Below are positions 19,118 to 28,627 of a stretch of DNA of 64,000 nucleotides, piece by piece. This stretch comes from Candidatus Eiseniibacteriota bacterium (GTDB lineage Bacteria; Eisenbacteria; RBG-16-71-46; CAIMUX01; VGJL01): the NCBI GenBank assembly GCA_963792585.1, contig CAWBWI010000006.1, forward strand, positions 64,001-128,000. The letters are read 5' to 3'. Below the pieces are notes generated by a model, which was not told where the DNA came from, ran no database searches, and worked only from the letters and a program-made list of their open reading frames with translations. A program made the translations under genes and the position numbers. How positions within the stretch are numbered: the stretch's first letter is position 1; the number at the start of each line of letters is the position of its first letter.

Positions 19118-22100
19118 CTATGGCGCTAGGTAGATCGTCCGTAGAATCTTGTAGCCAGGTGCTTCGACCCGCAAGAAGTGGTATCCAGGGGAGGCATATT
19201 GTCCCCGGTCCCAGGTCAGAACCAGGGGCGCGCCCGGCATGGCCGGGCCGTCGTGCAGCAGCGCCACCCGGCGGCCGAGCAAACCCAGAATCTCGACCCG
19301 AAGAATGTCGCCTATCGGGAAGTTCCCCGGTACATGGACGATCACGCGGCAACCGTCTGTGATCGGGTGCGGAAAGGGGCCCTCGACGCTGAAGGACCCG
19401 ACAGTCAGATCAAAGGGGGGGGACAACTGGCTCTCGTCTCCACTTGCGATCAGCGCGGAAACCGCAAGTCGGCGGAGCCCCTCGGCAGCTGCGCGCGAGA
19501 GCTCGTAGCGAGTGCTTGTGACGATATTCTCGTCCAGTGGCTGCCACGCCCTGTCGAGCCGCTGTCCGTAGATCCGGTAGCCAACCACCCGCGGATCGAC
19601 TGACGGCGACCAGTTGATCGCGAGGAAATCGCCGACCTGGGACCAAGCAGCCTCGGGTGCACCGGGTGGGGTCGGCGGCGACAAGTCGTCTTCGTTGGTG
19701 CGGAACGACACGACTGGCGAAAGCGGGGCGAGTTGGCCTGCAGCATCGCGGGTACGCACCGCTACGAACCACTGAGTGCCTGGTGGGAGCCCTTCAAGGG
19801 TCCAGCGGGCCGTCGAGTTCGACGGGCCCGGCTCGGGCCCTTGGGTCGTGGTGTCGGCTTGGCTCCATGTCTCGAGGGTGATTGTTGAGGGGGCCAATCC
19901 CACCGCATAGCCGCCAATGGGGAGCCCGCCATTCGGAGGTATCGGATTGCGCAGTTCAAGGATCGCGCTTCGTGTTCCGACCGAGACCACCGCCAGCTGC
20001 GTCACGGGGGCGGGCAGCGGGGGAGGCGGAGGTACGACGTCCTGCGTGGTCACCGCGAGTGGGTTGCTGAGCCCACCGAGATTGCCATCTTCATCGAGCG
20101 CGCGGACTCCGATCCCGTAGGTCGTCCCGCCCGCAAGGCCAGTGATAGTGCTCTCCTGCCTAATGCCTGCGGAGCTCGGAGACGCGATACTAGTCTCGGC
20201 GGGAAGGGCCTCCCGCCACTCGCTTTCCGTGGAGATGGGGCCGCCCGTGCGGTAACGCACCAGGTAGGAGGTAGCCCGTCCTTGGTTCCCATCGTCGCCG
20301 GGCGCAGTCCAGTTGAGGTCCACCGAAGTCACACGTGTGGTAACCACTGCCAGGTCGTTGATGCCCGCCGGCGCGGTGATGTCCACAGCAGGCCGGGTTC
20401 TACCGCTCGGCACGTTCGATAAGCCGCTCCAGTTGGGAACCTCGTCTGCAACCTTCAGCGCGAAGTAGTAGGTCGTCCCGGCGGTCAGGCCCGTCACGGT
20501 AAAGCTCTCGGCTTGACCCCCTGGCCTGGGTGCAGATTCCCCCGATACCTGAGTTGCCGCACCCCAGTTGCCATCGGTGATCGACGACGTCGAGTAACGG
20601 AGGTCGTACGAGGTGGCCTGCCCTGTGTTGCCATCATCACCCACTGCCGTCCACGTCAGGGGCACGGTGGTCTGGGTCGTCGTTCCCACGGCCAGGGTGG
20701 TCACGGCAGCGGGCGGCGTCGTGTCCGCAGGAGGTTGGGTCGTTCCGTTCGGCACATTGGACAAAGCACTCCAATTGGGAACCTCGTCCGCAACCTTCAG
20801 CGCGAAGTAGTAAGTCGTCCCGGCGGTCAGGCCCGTCACGGTAAAGCTCTCGGCTTGACCCGCTGGCCTGGGTGCAGATTCCCCCGATACCTGAGTTGCC
20901 GCACCCCAGTTGCCATCGGTGATCGACGACGTCGAGTAACGGAGGTCGTACGAGGTGGCCCGCCCTGAGTTGCCATCATCGCCTACTGCCGTCCACGTCA
21001 GAGGCGCCGTGGTCTGGGTGGTCGTTCCCACGGCCAGGGTGGTCACGGCAGCGGGCGGCGTCGTGTCCGGAAGAGGCTGGGTCGGTCCGCTCGGCACGTT
21101 GGATAAGCCGCTCCAGTTGGGGACTTCGTCCGCAACCTTCAGCGCGAAGTAGTAAGTCGTCCCGGCGGTCAGGCCCGTCACGGTAAAGCTCTCGGCTTGA
21201 CCCGCTGGCCTGGGTGCAGATTCCCCCGATACCTGAGTTGCCGCACCCCAGTTGCCATCGGTGATCGACGACGTCGAGTAACGGAGGTCGTACGAGGTGG
21301 CCTGACCTGAGTTGCCATCATCGCCTACTGCCGTCCACGTCAGAGGCGCCGTGGTCTGGGTGGTCGTTCCCACGGCCAGGGTGGTCACGGCAGCGGGCGG
21401 CGTCGTGTCCGGAAGAGGCTGGGTCGGTCCGCTCGGCACGTTGGATAAGCCGCTCCAGTTGGGGACTTCGTCCGCAACCTTCAGCGCGAAGTAGTACGTC
21501 GTCCCGGCCGTCAGGCCCGTCACGGTAAAGCTCTCGGCTTGACCCCCTGGCCCGGGTGCAGATTCCCCCGAAACCTGAGTTGCCGCACCCCAGTTGCCAT
21601 CGGTGATCGACGACGTCGAGTAGCGGAGGTCGTACGAGGCGGCCTGACCTGAGTTGCCATCATCGCCCACTGCAGTCCAGGTCAGGGGCACGGTGGTCTG
21701 GGTCGTCGTTCCCACCGCCAGGGTGGTCACGGCCGCGGGAGGCGTCGTGTCCGGAAGAGGCTGCGTCGGTCCGCTCGGCACGTTGGACAAAGCGCTCCAG
21801 TTGGGAACCTCGTCTGCCACCTTCAACGCGAAGTAGTACGTCGTCCCGGCCGTCAGGCCCGTCACGGTGAAACTCTCGGCCTGACCCGCGGCCTTGGGAG
21901 AGGGCTCCCCAGTGACCTGTGTGGCCGAACCCCAGTTGGTTCCCGTGATCAACGACGTCGAGTAGCGCAGATCGTACGAGGTGGCCTGACCTGAGTTGCC
22001 ATCATCGCCTACTGCCGTCCACGTCAGAGGCGCCGTGGTCTGGGTGGTCGTTCCCACGGCCAGGGTGGTCACGGCAGCGGGCGGCGTCGTGTCCGGAAGA

Positions 22101-24508
22101 GGCTGGGTCGGTCCGCTCGGCACGTTGGATAAGCCGCTCCAGTTGGGGACTTCGTCCGCAACCTTCAGCGCGAAGTAGTACGTCGTCCCGGCCGTCAGGC
22201 CCGTCACGGTGAAGCTCTCGGCTTGGCCCGCGGCTTTGGGAGAGGGCTCCCCTGTAACCTGAGTAGCCGAGCCCCAGTTGCTTCCCGTAATGAGCGAGGT
22301 CGAGTAGCGCAGGTCGTACGAGGCGGCCTGACCTGAGTTGCCATCATCACCCACTGCCGACCACGTCAGAGGCGCCGTGGTCTGGGTCGTCGTTCCTACG
22401 GCCAAAGTGGTCACGGCCGCGGGGGGCGTCGTGTCCGGAAGAGGCTGGGTCGGTCCGCTCGGCACGTTGGATAAGCCACTCCAGTTGGGGACCTCGTCTG
22501 CAACCTTCAACGCGAAGTAGTACGTCGTCCCGGCCGTCAGGCCCGTCACGGTGAAGCTCTCCGCCTGACCCGCAACTTTGGGAGTGGGCTCCCCAGTGAC
22601 CTGTGTGGCTGAACCCCAGTTGCTTCCCGTAATGAGCGAGGTCGAGTAGCGCAGATCGTACGAGGTGGCCTGACCTGAGTTGCCATCATCGCCTACTGCC
22701 GTCCACGTCAGAGGCACCGTGGCCTGCGTCGTCGTTCCCACGGCCAGGGTGGTCACGGCCGCGGGCGGGGTGGTATCCGGAAGAGGCTGGGTCGGTCCGC
22801 TCGGCACGTTGGACAAAGCGCTCCAGTTAGGGACTTCGTCCGCGACCTTCAACGCGAAGTAGTACGTGGTACCGGCGGTCAATCCCGTCACAGTGAAGCT
22901 CTCGGCTTGACCCGCGGCTCTGGGAGAGGGCTCCCCGGTGACCTGTGTAGCCGTAGCCCAGTTGCTTCCCGTGATGACCGAGGTCGAGTAGCGCAGATCG
23001 TACGAGGTGGCCTGCCCCGTATTCCCGTCATCACCCACTGCCGTCCACGTCAGAGGCACCGTGGTCTGCGTCGTCGTTCCCACGGCCAGTGTGGTCACGG
23101 CCGCGGGCGGGGTGGTGTCCGCAGGAAGCTGGGTCGTCGCGCTCGGCACGTTGGACAAAGCGCTCCAGTTGGGAACCTCGTCTGCCACCTTCAACGCGAA
23201 GTAGTACGTGGTGCCGGCGGTCAATCCCGTCACGGTGAAGCTCTCGGCCTGCCCCGCGGGCTTGGGTGCAGGTTCCCCCGAAACCCGAGTTGCCGCACCC
23301 CAGTTGCCATCGGTGATCAACGACGTCGAGTAGCGCAGATCGTACGAGGTGGCCTGCCCTGAGTTGCCATCATCACCTACGGCCGTCCACGTCAGAGGCA
23401 CCGTGGTCTGCGTCGTCGTTCCCACAGCCAGCGTCGTCACCCCCGCGGGCGGGGTGGTGTCCGGAGACCCGTCCCCAAGAATGATCAGATATCCCTGGAC
23501 GTTGAAGGCGCCGTTGGAATCGAAAACATAGAGATAGGCCGGCTGATCGATGGGAAAGGATCCTTGTCTAAAAGTGGTGGTTATACTCGAATCGCTCCAA
23601 GACGTAGTCGTAAGGACAGAGAGGTTTGTCGACGCAGTGTATGTCGAAGCATTCCCGATTTCAACACGTGCCCGTGCGCCGTCTCCACTAGCTACATATA
23701 CATCATCGAACATCGGGAAGCAGTTCGGTGTAACACGCCCATATCCATTGATGTCTACACGTTCAAAGACTCCGCCATCATCCAAGACAGTGACATTATC
23801 ACTCATAACCCTCGTAACAACGCCGGAATCAGTCAACTCCCATAGATGGACGTTTCCGTCAAGATTATACCCGCCGTTCACCCATACCCATATACGTTTC
23901 CATTCACCCTTTACCATATCGACAGTTACATAGTGAGCATAATTGCAGTCATTGCCATTGATGAATGGGTTGAGTGAGTGGTCCGCATGTTCTAGGAAGG
24001 TCGGAAGGACAATATCATCATCAGCTGTGCCAGCGCCCTGCAGCCATACAGCTTTCCAGTTAACTCCACCCGAGACGTTGTATCCAGGAAAGTCGGCACC
24101 CAGTGGGGTAAACAGCCAATATGACAGAAACACCTTTCTTGTATTGCTTGGAAGGAGAGTCTCGATCAACTCTCGCCAGTCAGTATCCATGTTTGCACGA
24201 AAGGCCAAGCTTCCACTAACCGAAGAAGAATCACTATACTTCGGTTTGTGCGATCCCTCGATGTTATCCCATTGTCCGACTTGTGCTGATCCGGCGCCGA
24301 TGGAGATGTTGTCCCCGACATCACCCTTCTCGAAGTCATCAAAGACAACGACGTGCGGACCAGTGGGACCGAAGTTGACTCCGTTGATCGTAACGCTAGC
24401 TCCATTGGCGAACCTGCCGGTCGTTGAGCTGATCGCTGGCGTTGCGGTCGCTCGCGCCCCAACAAGGAGAATCGCGGTCAGTGCGAATGCCGATGACAAG
24501 CCTCTCAT
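19118..24508 (-). CDS. large secreted protein (~1796 aa): N-terminal beta-rich domain, FN3 repeat stalk, T9SS/FlgD-like C-terminal domain
   Basis: ATG 24508 with GGAGGT; signal peptide; 9 near-identical FN3 repeats plus diverged ones; tail PFPHP..VEILGLLGRRVALL..TWD..ASPGYHFLRV. Confidence 0.88.
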   Translation of the reverse strand: MRGLSSAFALTAILLVGARATATPAISSTTGRFANGASVTINGVNFGPTGPHVVVFDDFEKGDVGDNISIGAGSAQVGQWDNIEGSHKPKYSDSSSVSGSLAFRANMDTDWRELIETLLPSNTRKVFLSYWLFTPLGADFPGYNVSGGVNWKAVWLQGAGTADDDIVLPTFLEHADHSLNPFINGNDCNYAHYVTVDMVKGEWKRIWVWVNGGYNLDGNVHLWELTDSGVVTRVMSDNVTVLDDGGVFERVDINGYGRVTPNCFPMFDDVYVASGDGARARVEIGNASTYTASTNLSVLTTTSWSDSSITTTFRQGSFPIDQPAYLYVFDSNGAFNVQGYLIILGDGSPDTTPPAGVTTLAVGTTTQTTVPLTWTAVGDDGNSGQATSYDLRYSTSLITDGNWGAATRVSGEPAPKPAGQAESFTVTGLTAGTTYYFALKVADEVPNWSALSNVPSATTQLPADTTPPAAVTTLAVGTTTQTTVPLTWTAVGDDGNTGQATSYDLRYSTSVITGSNWATATQVTGEPSPRAAGQAESFTVTGLTAGTTYYFALKVADEVPNWSALSNVPSGPTQPLPDTTPPAAVTTLAVGTTTQATVPLTWTAVGDDGNSGQATSYDLRYSTSLITGSNWGSATQVTGEPTPKVAGQAESFTVTGLTAGTTYYFALKVADEVPNWSGLSNVPSGPTQPLPDTTPPAAVTTLAVGTTTQTTAPLTWSAVGDDGNSGQAASYDLRYSTSLITGSNWGSATQVTGEPSPKAAGQAESFTVTGLTAGTTYYFALKVADEVPNWSGLSNVPSGPTQPLPDTTPPAAVTTLAVGTTTQTTAPLTWTAVGDDGNSGQATSYDLRYSTSLITGTNWGSATQVTGEPSPKAAGQAESFTVTGLTAGTTYYFALKVADEVPNWSALSNVPSGPTQPLPDTTPPAAVTTLAVGTTTQTTVPLTWTAVGDDGNSGQAASYDLRYSTSSITDGNWGAATQVSGESAPGPGGQAESFTVTGLTAGTTYYFALKVADEVPNWSGLSNVPSGPTQPLPDTTPPAAVTTLAVGTTTQTTAPLTWTAVGDDGNSGQATSYDLRYSTSSITDGNWGAATQVSGESAPRPAGQAESFTVTGLTAGTTYYFALKVADEVPNWSGLSNVPSGPTQPLPDTTPPAAVTTLAVGTTTQTTAPLTWTAVGDDGNSGRATSYDLRYSTSSITDGNWGAATQVSGESAPRPAGQAESFTVTGLTAGTTYYFALKVADEVPNWSALSNVPNGTTQPPADTTPPAAVTTLAVGTTTQTTVPLTWTAVGDDGNTGQATSYDLRYSTSSITDGNWGAATQVSGESAPRPGGQAESFTVTGLTAGTTYYFALKVADEVPNWSGLSNVPSGRTRPAVDITAPAGINDLAVVTTRVTSVDLNWTAPGDDGNQGRATSYLVRYRTGGPISTESEWREALPAETSIASPSSAGIRQESTITGLAGGTTYGIGVRALDEDGNLGGLSNPLAVTTQDVVPPPPPLPAPVTQLAVVSVGTRSAILELRNPIPPNGGLPIGGYAVGLAPSTITLETWSQADTTTQGPEPGPSNSTARWTLEGLPPGTQWFVAVRTRDAAGQLAPLSPVVSFRTNEDDLSPPTPPGAPEAAWSQVGDFLAINWSPSVDPRVVGYRIYGQRLDRAWQPLDENIVTSTRYELSRAAAEGLRRLAVSALIASGDESQLSPPFDLTVGSFSVEGPFPHPITDGCRVIVHVPGNFPIGDILRVEILGLLGRRVALLHDGPAMPGAPLVLTWDRGQYASPGYHFLRVEAPGYKILRTIYLAP
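20384..23461 (-). repeat. 9 x 342-bp tandem coding repeats (114-aa FN3 unit)
   Basis: Unit DTTPPAAVTTLAVGTTTQ...YYFALKVADEVPNWS starts at 23461, 23119, ... with an exact 342-bp period; a diverged 10th unit starts at 20383. Confidence 0.97.
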
Positions 24509-24541
24509 AGCAACCTCCGAGATAGGGCCCATGGCCATCTT

Positions 24542-24557
24542 AGCAAGTATCGTGCCG
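24542..24557 (-). promoter_or_regulatory. sigma54 -24/-12 promoter
   Basis: Minus strand CGGCACGATACTTGCT, ~35 bp upstream of the large FN3 gene start. Confidence 0.78.
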
Positions 24558-24737
24558 ATGCGGATCGTCGAATAGCTCCCGGACTGGCTGGCCGTCTACG
24601 ACGCGAGCGCGTTGGGGTTACTCTCGCGGGCCCCCTTCGTCATCGCTCAACTTGCTTATGACCCCCAATGATGACTGCAAGGCGCACGACTTCTAGGCAT
24701 CATGCGTGGCTGTCCGCCTCGGGCGACGGGCCCCCGC

Positions 24738-24803
24738 CCCAGCGGCCAATTCATCTTCCCCCATCAGTAGCCGGGCCAAAGTCCTCCACCCGCGGCGACG
24801 GGA
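24738..24803 (-). mobile_element. orphan IS21-family right end
   Basis: cccagcggcc...gtcctccacccgcggcgacggga closely matches the reverse complement of the intact IS21 right end (27347-27411). Confidence 0.65.
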
Positions 24804-25043
24804 TTCAGTCATATAGGCTCCCGGGTGATCCTCCAAACAAGCGGGGCCGCGGATTCTCCCCAGCACTGGGTCTTCCCCTCGAATCTGCGCAGGCGGCCGC
24901 GCTACACACGTGCGACGCGTATGCGTATGCCCCGGCGGCCACCCAACTTCCCCCACCCCGGCCTGATCTTCTGATCGCCTGATCAGCGGCACCTGCGGCG
25001 GGACGTTACTCTTGCCCCTCACCTTGGATGAGGGGGGATCGGA

Positions 25044-26588
25044 GTGAACGTCTTGAAGAATCATCTGCGGGTAACCATTGAGACCTTAGTGAGTTGCGGC
25101 GTCGGTCATCGGGAGATCGCTCGAAGAACCGGAGTCGACCGCAAGACCATCCGCCGGTACGTCCGGCTGGCAAACTCCTCCAGGGTGGCCACCGGCTCCG
25201 AGCCGATCGTCTTTGAAAATCCTCCACCCCGGCCACCGGCTCCCGGCATCCTGACCACCCCGTCAGCCTGCGAGCCGCATTGGCCGTGGATCGAAGAGCA
25301 AGTCGGGCTCGGGCGCAACGCACAGAGCATCTACCAGGACCTTGTCGAGGTCCACGCGTTCGGCAACTGCTACAACTCCGTCAAACGCTTCGTGGCGAGG
25401 CTGAAGTCCCGCGACCCCGAGCGCTTCGATGTCCTGGAGTTTCTTCCGGGAGAAGAGGCGCAGGTCGACCTGGGCCTGGGCGCGCCCACCCTGCTCCGCG
25501 GCAAGTTCCGCCGGCCCTACCTCTTCGTGATGACCTTGAAGTACTCGGGCAAGAGCTTTCGCAAGGTGGCGTGGAAGATGGATCAGGAGACCTGGGCCCG
25601 TCTGCACGAGGAGGCCTGGAGGAGCTTCGGCGGGTGCCCCATCTACGTCGTCCTCGACAACCTGAAGCAGGGCGTGATCCGTCCGGACATCTACGAGCCC
25701 GAACTGAACCTGATCTACGCGGAGATGCTTCGCCACTATGGGGTGGTGGCGGATCCCTGCCGAGTTGCCGATCCCAACCGCAAAGGCTCGGTGGAGAACG
25801 CGATCCGGCACACGCAGACAACGGCGCTCAAGGGACGCAAGTTCGAGTCGATCGAAGAGCAGAACCAATGGCTGGCCCATTGGGAGGAGCGGTGGGCGGC
25901 GCCGCGCATCCACGGCCGCAAGAAGCGCCAGGTCCTCGAACTCTACCGCGAGGAACAGCCGGCATTGCGTCCCTTGCCCGCGGAAGGCTTCCGCTACTTC
26001 AAGTCCGGTACTCGGACCGTCGATGACGCGGGGCTTGTGCAGATCGAAGGGGCCTATTACGCGGCCCTGCCCGCGCGGCTTGGCAGCAAGGTGCAGATCC
26101 GCGTCTACCGGAACGAGGTGGAGATCTATGATCTGTCCGGCTCGTTGCTGCGCCGCCACGCCAAGAGCGAGCGCAAGGGGCAGTTCATCCTGGAGAACCA
26201 TGACCGGATCTTCAACCCCTCGCGTGAGAGTGCGCGTCTGCTCGAGAAAGCCACACTCATAGGGCCAAAGACGGCGGAGCTGGCCCAGACCCTGTTCGCC
26301 CGTCTGGGACGGCCCGGGCAGCGAGCGCTCTATGGGCTGACCAACTTGCCTCGCAGCTACTCGTGCGCCGAGATCGAAGCGGTCTGTGGCCGCTTCGTCA
26401 GTGCCGGATGCTACTCCTACGCCGCCATCCGCCGTGCGCTCGAACGGCAGGCGGCCATCTCCCGCGCCACCGAGGTCGAGCTGATCCAGGAGGCTCCGGA
26501 GATCCGGAGCATCTCCGAGTACCAGTCGTTCTGGGAGGACAACTCCCGTCACCAAGAGGAGGACGTCGATGCCCATGTCCCGTGTTGA
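25044..26588 (+). CDS. istA: IS21 transposase IstA
   Basis: HREIARRTGVDRKTIRRY HTH, PGEEAQVD, VLDNLKQGV, KGSVEN. Confidence 0.95.
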   Translation: MNVLKNHLRVTIETLVSCGVGHREIARRTGVDRKTIRRYVRLANSSRVATGSEPIVFENPPPRPPAPGILTTPSACEPHWPWIEEQVGLGRNAQSIYQDLVEVHAFGNCYNSVKRFVARLKSRDPERFDVLEFLPGEEAQVDLGLGAPTLLRGKFRRPYLFVMTLKYSGKSFRKVAWKMDQETWARLHEEAWRSFGGCPIYVVLDNLKQGVIRPDIYEPELNLIYAEMLRHYGVVADPCRVADPNRKGSVENAIRHTQTTALKGRKFESIEEQNQWLAHWEERWAAPRIHGRKKRQVLELYREEQPALRPLPAEGFRYFKSGTRTVDDAGLVQIEGAYYAALPARLGSKVQIRVYRNEVEIYDLSGSLLRRHAKSERKGQFILENHDRIFNPSRESARLLEKATLIGPKTAELAQTLFARLGRPGQRALYGLTNLPRSYSCAEIEAVCGRFVSAGCYSYAAIRRALERQAAISRATEVELIQEAPEIRSISEYQSFWEDNSRHQEEDVDAHVPC

Positions 26589-27336
26589 ACTCGAGCAATC
26601 CCTGCGCGGCTTGCGCCTGTCGGGGATGATCCCGGCGCTCGATGCCAGAGCCTTGCAGGTCTCCAGCCACGAGGCGACGTTCCTGGATGCGTTCTCATGG
26701 CTGGTCCAGGATGAACTCGACCGGCGTCGGTCGCGCCTGCAAGACCGCCGCTACGCCCTTTCCGGGCTTCCCGAACGCAAGACGCTGGCCGACTTCGACT
26801 GGACCTACAACAGCCGCCTGCCCAAGCGCGAAGTGCTCGAGCTGGGAGCCCTGAAGTTCATCGAGAACCAGGAAGACGCGGTCCTGCTCGGACCTCCAGG
26901 AACGGGGAAGAGCCACATCGCCAAGGCCATCGCCCTCCTTGCGGTGGAGCGCGGCCACAAGGTCCTCTACCGCGCGGCGCATCAGTTGCTCGAGGACATC
27001 GCCGAGGCACGTGAACTCGGAATGATCCGGAAGTACCGCGATCAGCTGAAGAAGGCCGAACTCTTGGTCATCGACGACCTGTTCCTGCGCAAGCCTCCGG
27101 CTACCGCCGGCGACGAACTGGCCGATGTGCTGATGAGCCGGTACGAGAGCGCATCCACGATCATCACGTCGAATCGCGTGATCGAGGACTGGCCGAAGCT
27201 GCTCGGTGACGTGGTCGTCGTGACACCCCTACTGGACCGCCTGATGCACCACGGCCACCTGCTCAAGTTCGAAGGGAAGAGCTGGCGACTGAAGGAAGCG
27301 GCGACCCGGGTTGCCAAGGCTGCCGCCACGGCATAA
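26569..27336 (+). CDS. istB: IS21 helper ATPase IstB
   Basis: GPPGTGKSH, LLVIDDL, TSNR, LLDRLMHH. Confidence 0.95.
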   Translation: MPMSRVELEQSLRGLRLSGMIPALDARALQVSSHEATFLDAFSWLVQDELDRRRSRLQDRRYALSGLPERKTLADFDWTYNSRLPKREVLELGALKFIENQEDAVLLGPPGTGKSHIAKAIALLAVERGHKVLYRAAHQLLEDIAEARELGMIRKYRDQLKKAELLVIDDLFLRKPPATAGDELADVLMSRYESASTIITSNRVIEDWPKLLGDVVVVTPLLDRLMHHGHLLKFEGKSWRLKEAATRVAKAAATA

Positions 27337-27769
27337 CATGCCCCCGTCCCGTCGCGCAGGTGGAGGAGTTTGACCCGGCCATAGGTGGGGGATTTTGAGG
27401 CGGCCACCGGGGTATGCATTCCAGCTACTGCTGGCATTTCGGCGCGAGACACCTACAGACCCAGCCTTCGGCGCTGACATTGGAGCAACTCGACGTGCCT
27501 CTCGTGCTCGCGTTTCTCGCCGACCTGGAGTCGGCGCGGGGCAACTCGGCGCGCACGCGCAACGCCAGGCTGGGGGCAATCAAGTCCTTCGCCCACTACC
27601 TCGAGTATCGTGTACCGTCCTGCCTCCAACAGATCAAGAGCCTGCTTGCCAGCCCCGCTAAGAAAACCGACGAGAAGCTGATTCCGTACCGCAAAATGGA
27701 CGAGATGCCGGCTGTACTCGATGCCCCCGCCCCAAGTACCTTCGACGTATGCACTCGGAGATCCCATAC

Positions 27770-28560
27770 CGATACTGACCTGCAACTCATCCGAAAGTGG
27801 CTGAGAGCAGGAGTTTTCGAGAACGCGGTGAGACGGGTACAAGAGATTGGAAGTCCGCAAGGAGCGCCGATTTCTCCTCTTCTGGCCAATGTCTATTTGC
27901 ACTACGTCTTTGACCTGTGGTCAGGGCACTGGCGTCGAAAGCATGCGCGAGGCGATGTGATCGTCGTGCGCTGCGCTGACGATATCGTGCTTGGCTTTCG
28001 GTACAAAGCGGATGCCCTCTGTTTCTGGTCGGATCTGCGCGAGCGATTGCGCAAGTTCTGCATGAACTTCACCCTCAGAAGACCCGACTGCTGCGCTTCG
28101 GTACTTTCGCCGACGTTCAACGAGCGGACCGAAGTGGGGGCAAGCCGGAGACGTTCGATTCCCTGGGGTTCACGCACATCTGTGCGCGGACAAGGATCGG
28201 GCGGTTCCATGTGCTTCGACTGACATCGAAGGCCCGCATGCGGGCGACTTTGCGGTCGATTCGCGAAAGGCTGATTGGCTGTCGACACCTGCCGCTGTCC
28301 GTCCAGCGTCAATGGATCCAGAATCTCGTGCGAGGGTACTTTCCCTACCACGCCGCGCCGTAGAACGGACAACGCCTCGTGGCGTTCCGGATCGAAGTGC
28401 GGCGCGCTTGGATCCACGCGTTGCGACGGGGAAGTCAACGCTCCCGCATGACGTGGTCTCGCTTTCAGGCCATCGCAGATCCCTGGATTCCACCCGTGCG
28501 CATCCTACATCCCCGGCCTACGGCGCGGTTTGACATCCGAACCCGAGGCAAGAGCCCAGG
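27770..28560 (+). pseudogene. degenerate group II intron reverse transcriptase/maturase (3' half)
   Basis: IRKWLRAG, GSPQGAPISPLLANVYLHYVFD, CADD in place of YADD, ELHPQKTRL after a frameshift, domain X LRRGSQR..MTW; frameshift and stop present. Confidence 0.9.
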
Positions 28561-28623
28561 CGGTAGTTCCGCACGCTGGGATCTGTGCGGGGAGCGGTCT
28601 GCAAGGACCGTCCCTTCCGCGAC
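28552..28623 (+). ncRNA. group II intron domains V-VI (3' end)
   Basis: GAGCCCAGGCGGTAGTTCCGCACGCTGGGATCTGTGCGGGG...CCCTTCCGCGAC directly after the RT remnant. Confidence 0.82.
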
Positions 28624-28627
28624 CGCC

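Larger units (their letters stand above)
24931..27411 (+). mobile_element. complete IS21-family insertion sequence
   Basis: Ends CCCGGCGGCC / GGCCACCGGG; 6-bp target duplication GTATGC at 24925-24930 and 27412-27417; istA-istB inside. Confidence 0.92.
24870..27740 (+). pseudogene. N-terminal fragment of a RIT-type tyrosine recombinase, interrupted by the IS21
   Basis: Removing the IS joins HTCDAYAYA to FQLLL...LEQLDVPLVLAFLADLESARGNSARTRNARLGAIKSFAHYLEYR; catalytic half missing. Confidence 0.8.

Noticed and set aside
20384..23461. Long regular repeat array as possible CRISPR
   Set aside because: 342-bp in-frame coding units with no spacers and no cas genes
27770..28623. RT near a repeat-rich surface protein as a DGR or retron
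   Set aside because: RT has group II intron domain X and DV/DVI RNA, a mutated YADD and frameshifts; no TR/VR pair with adenine-specific differences was seen
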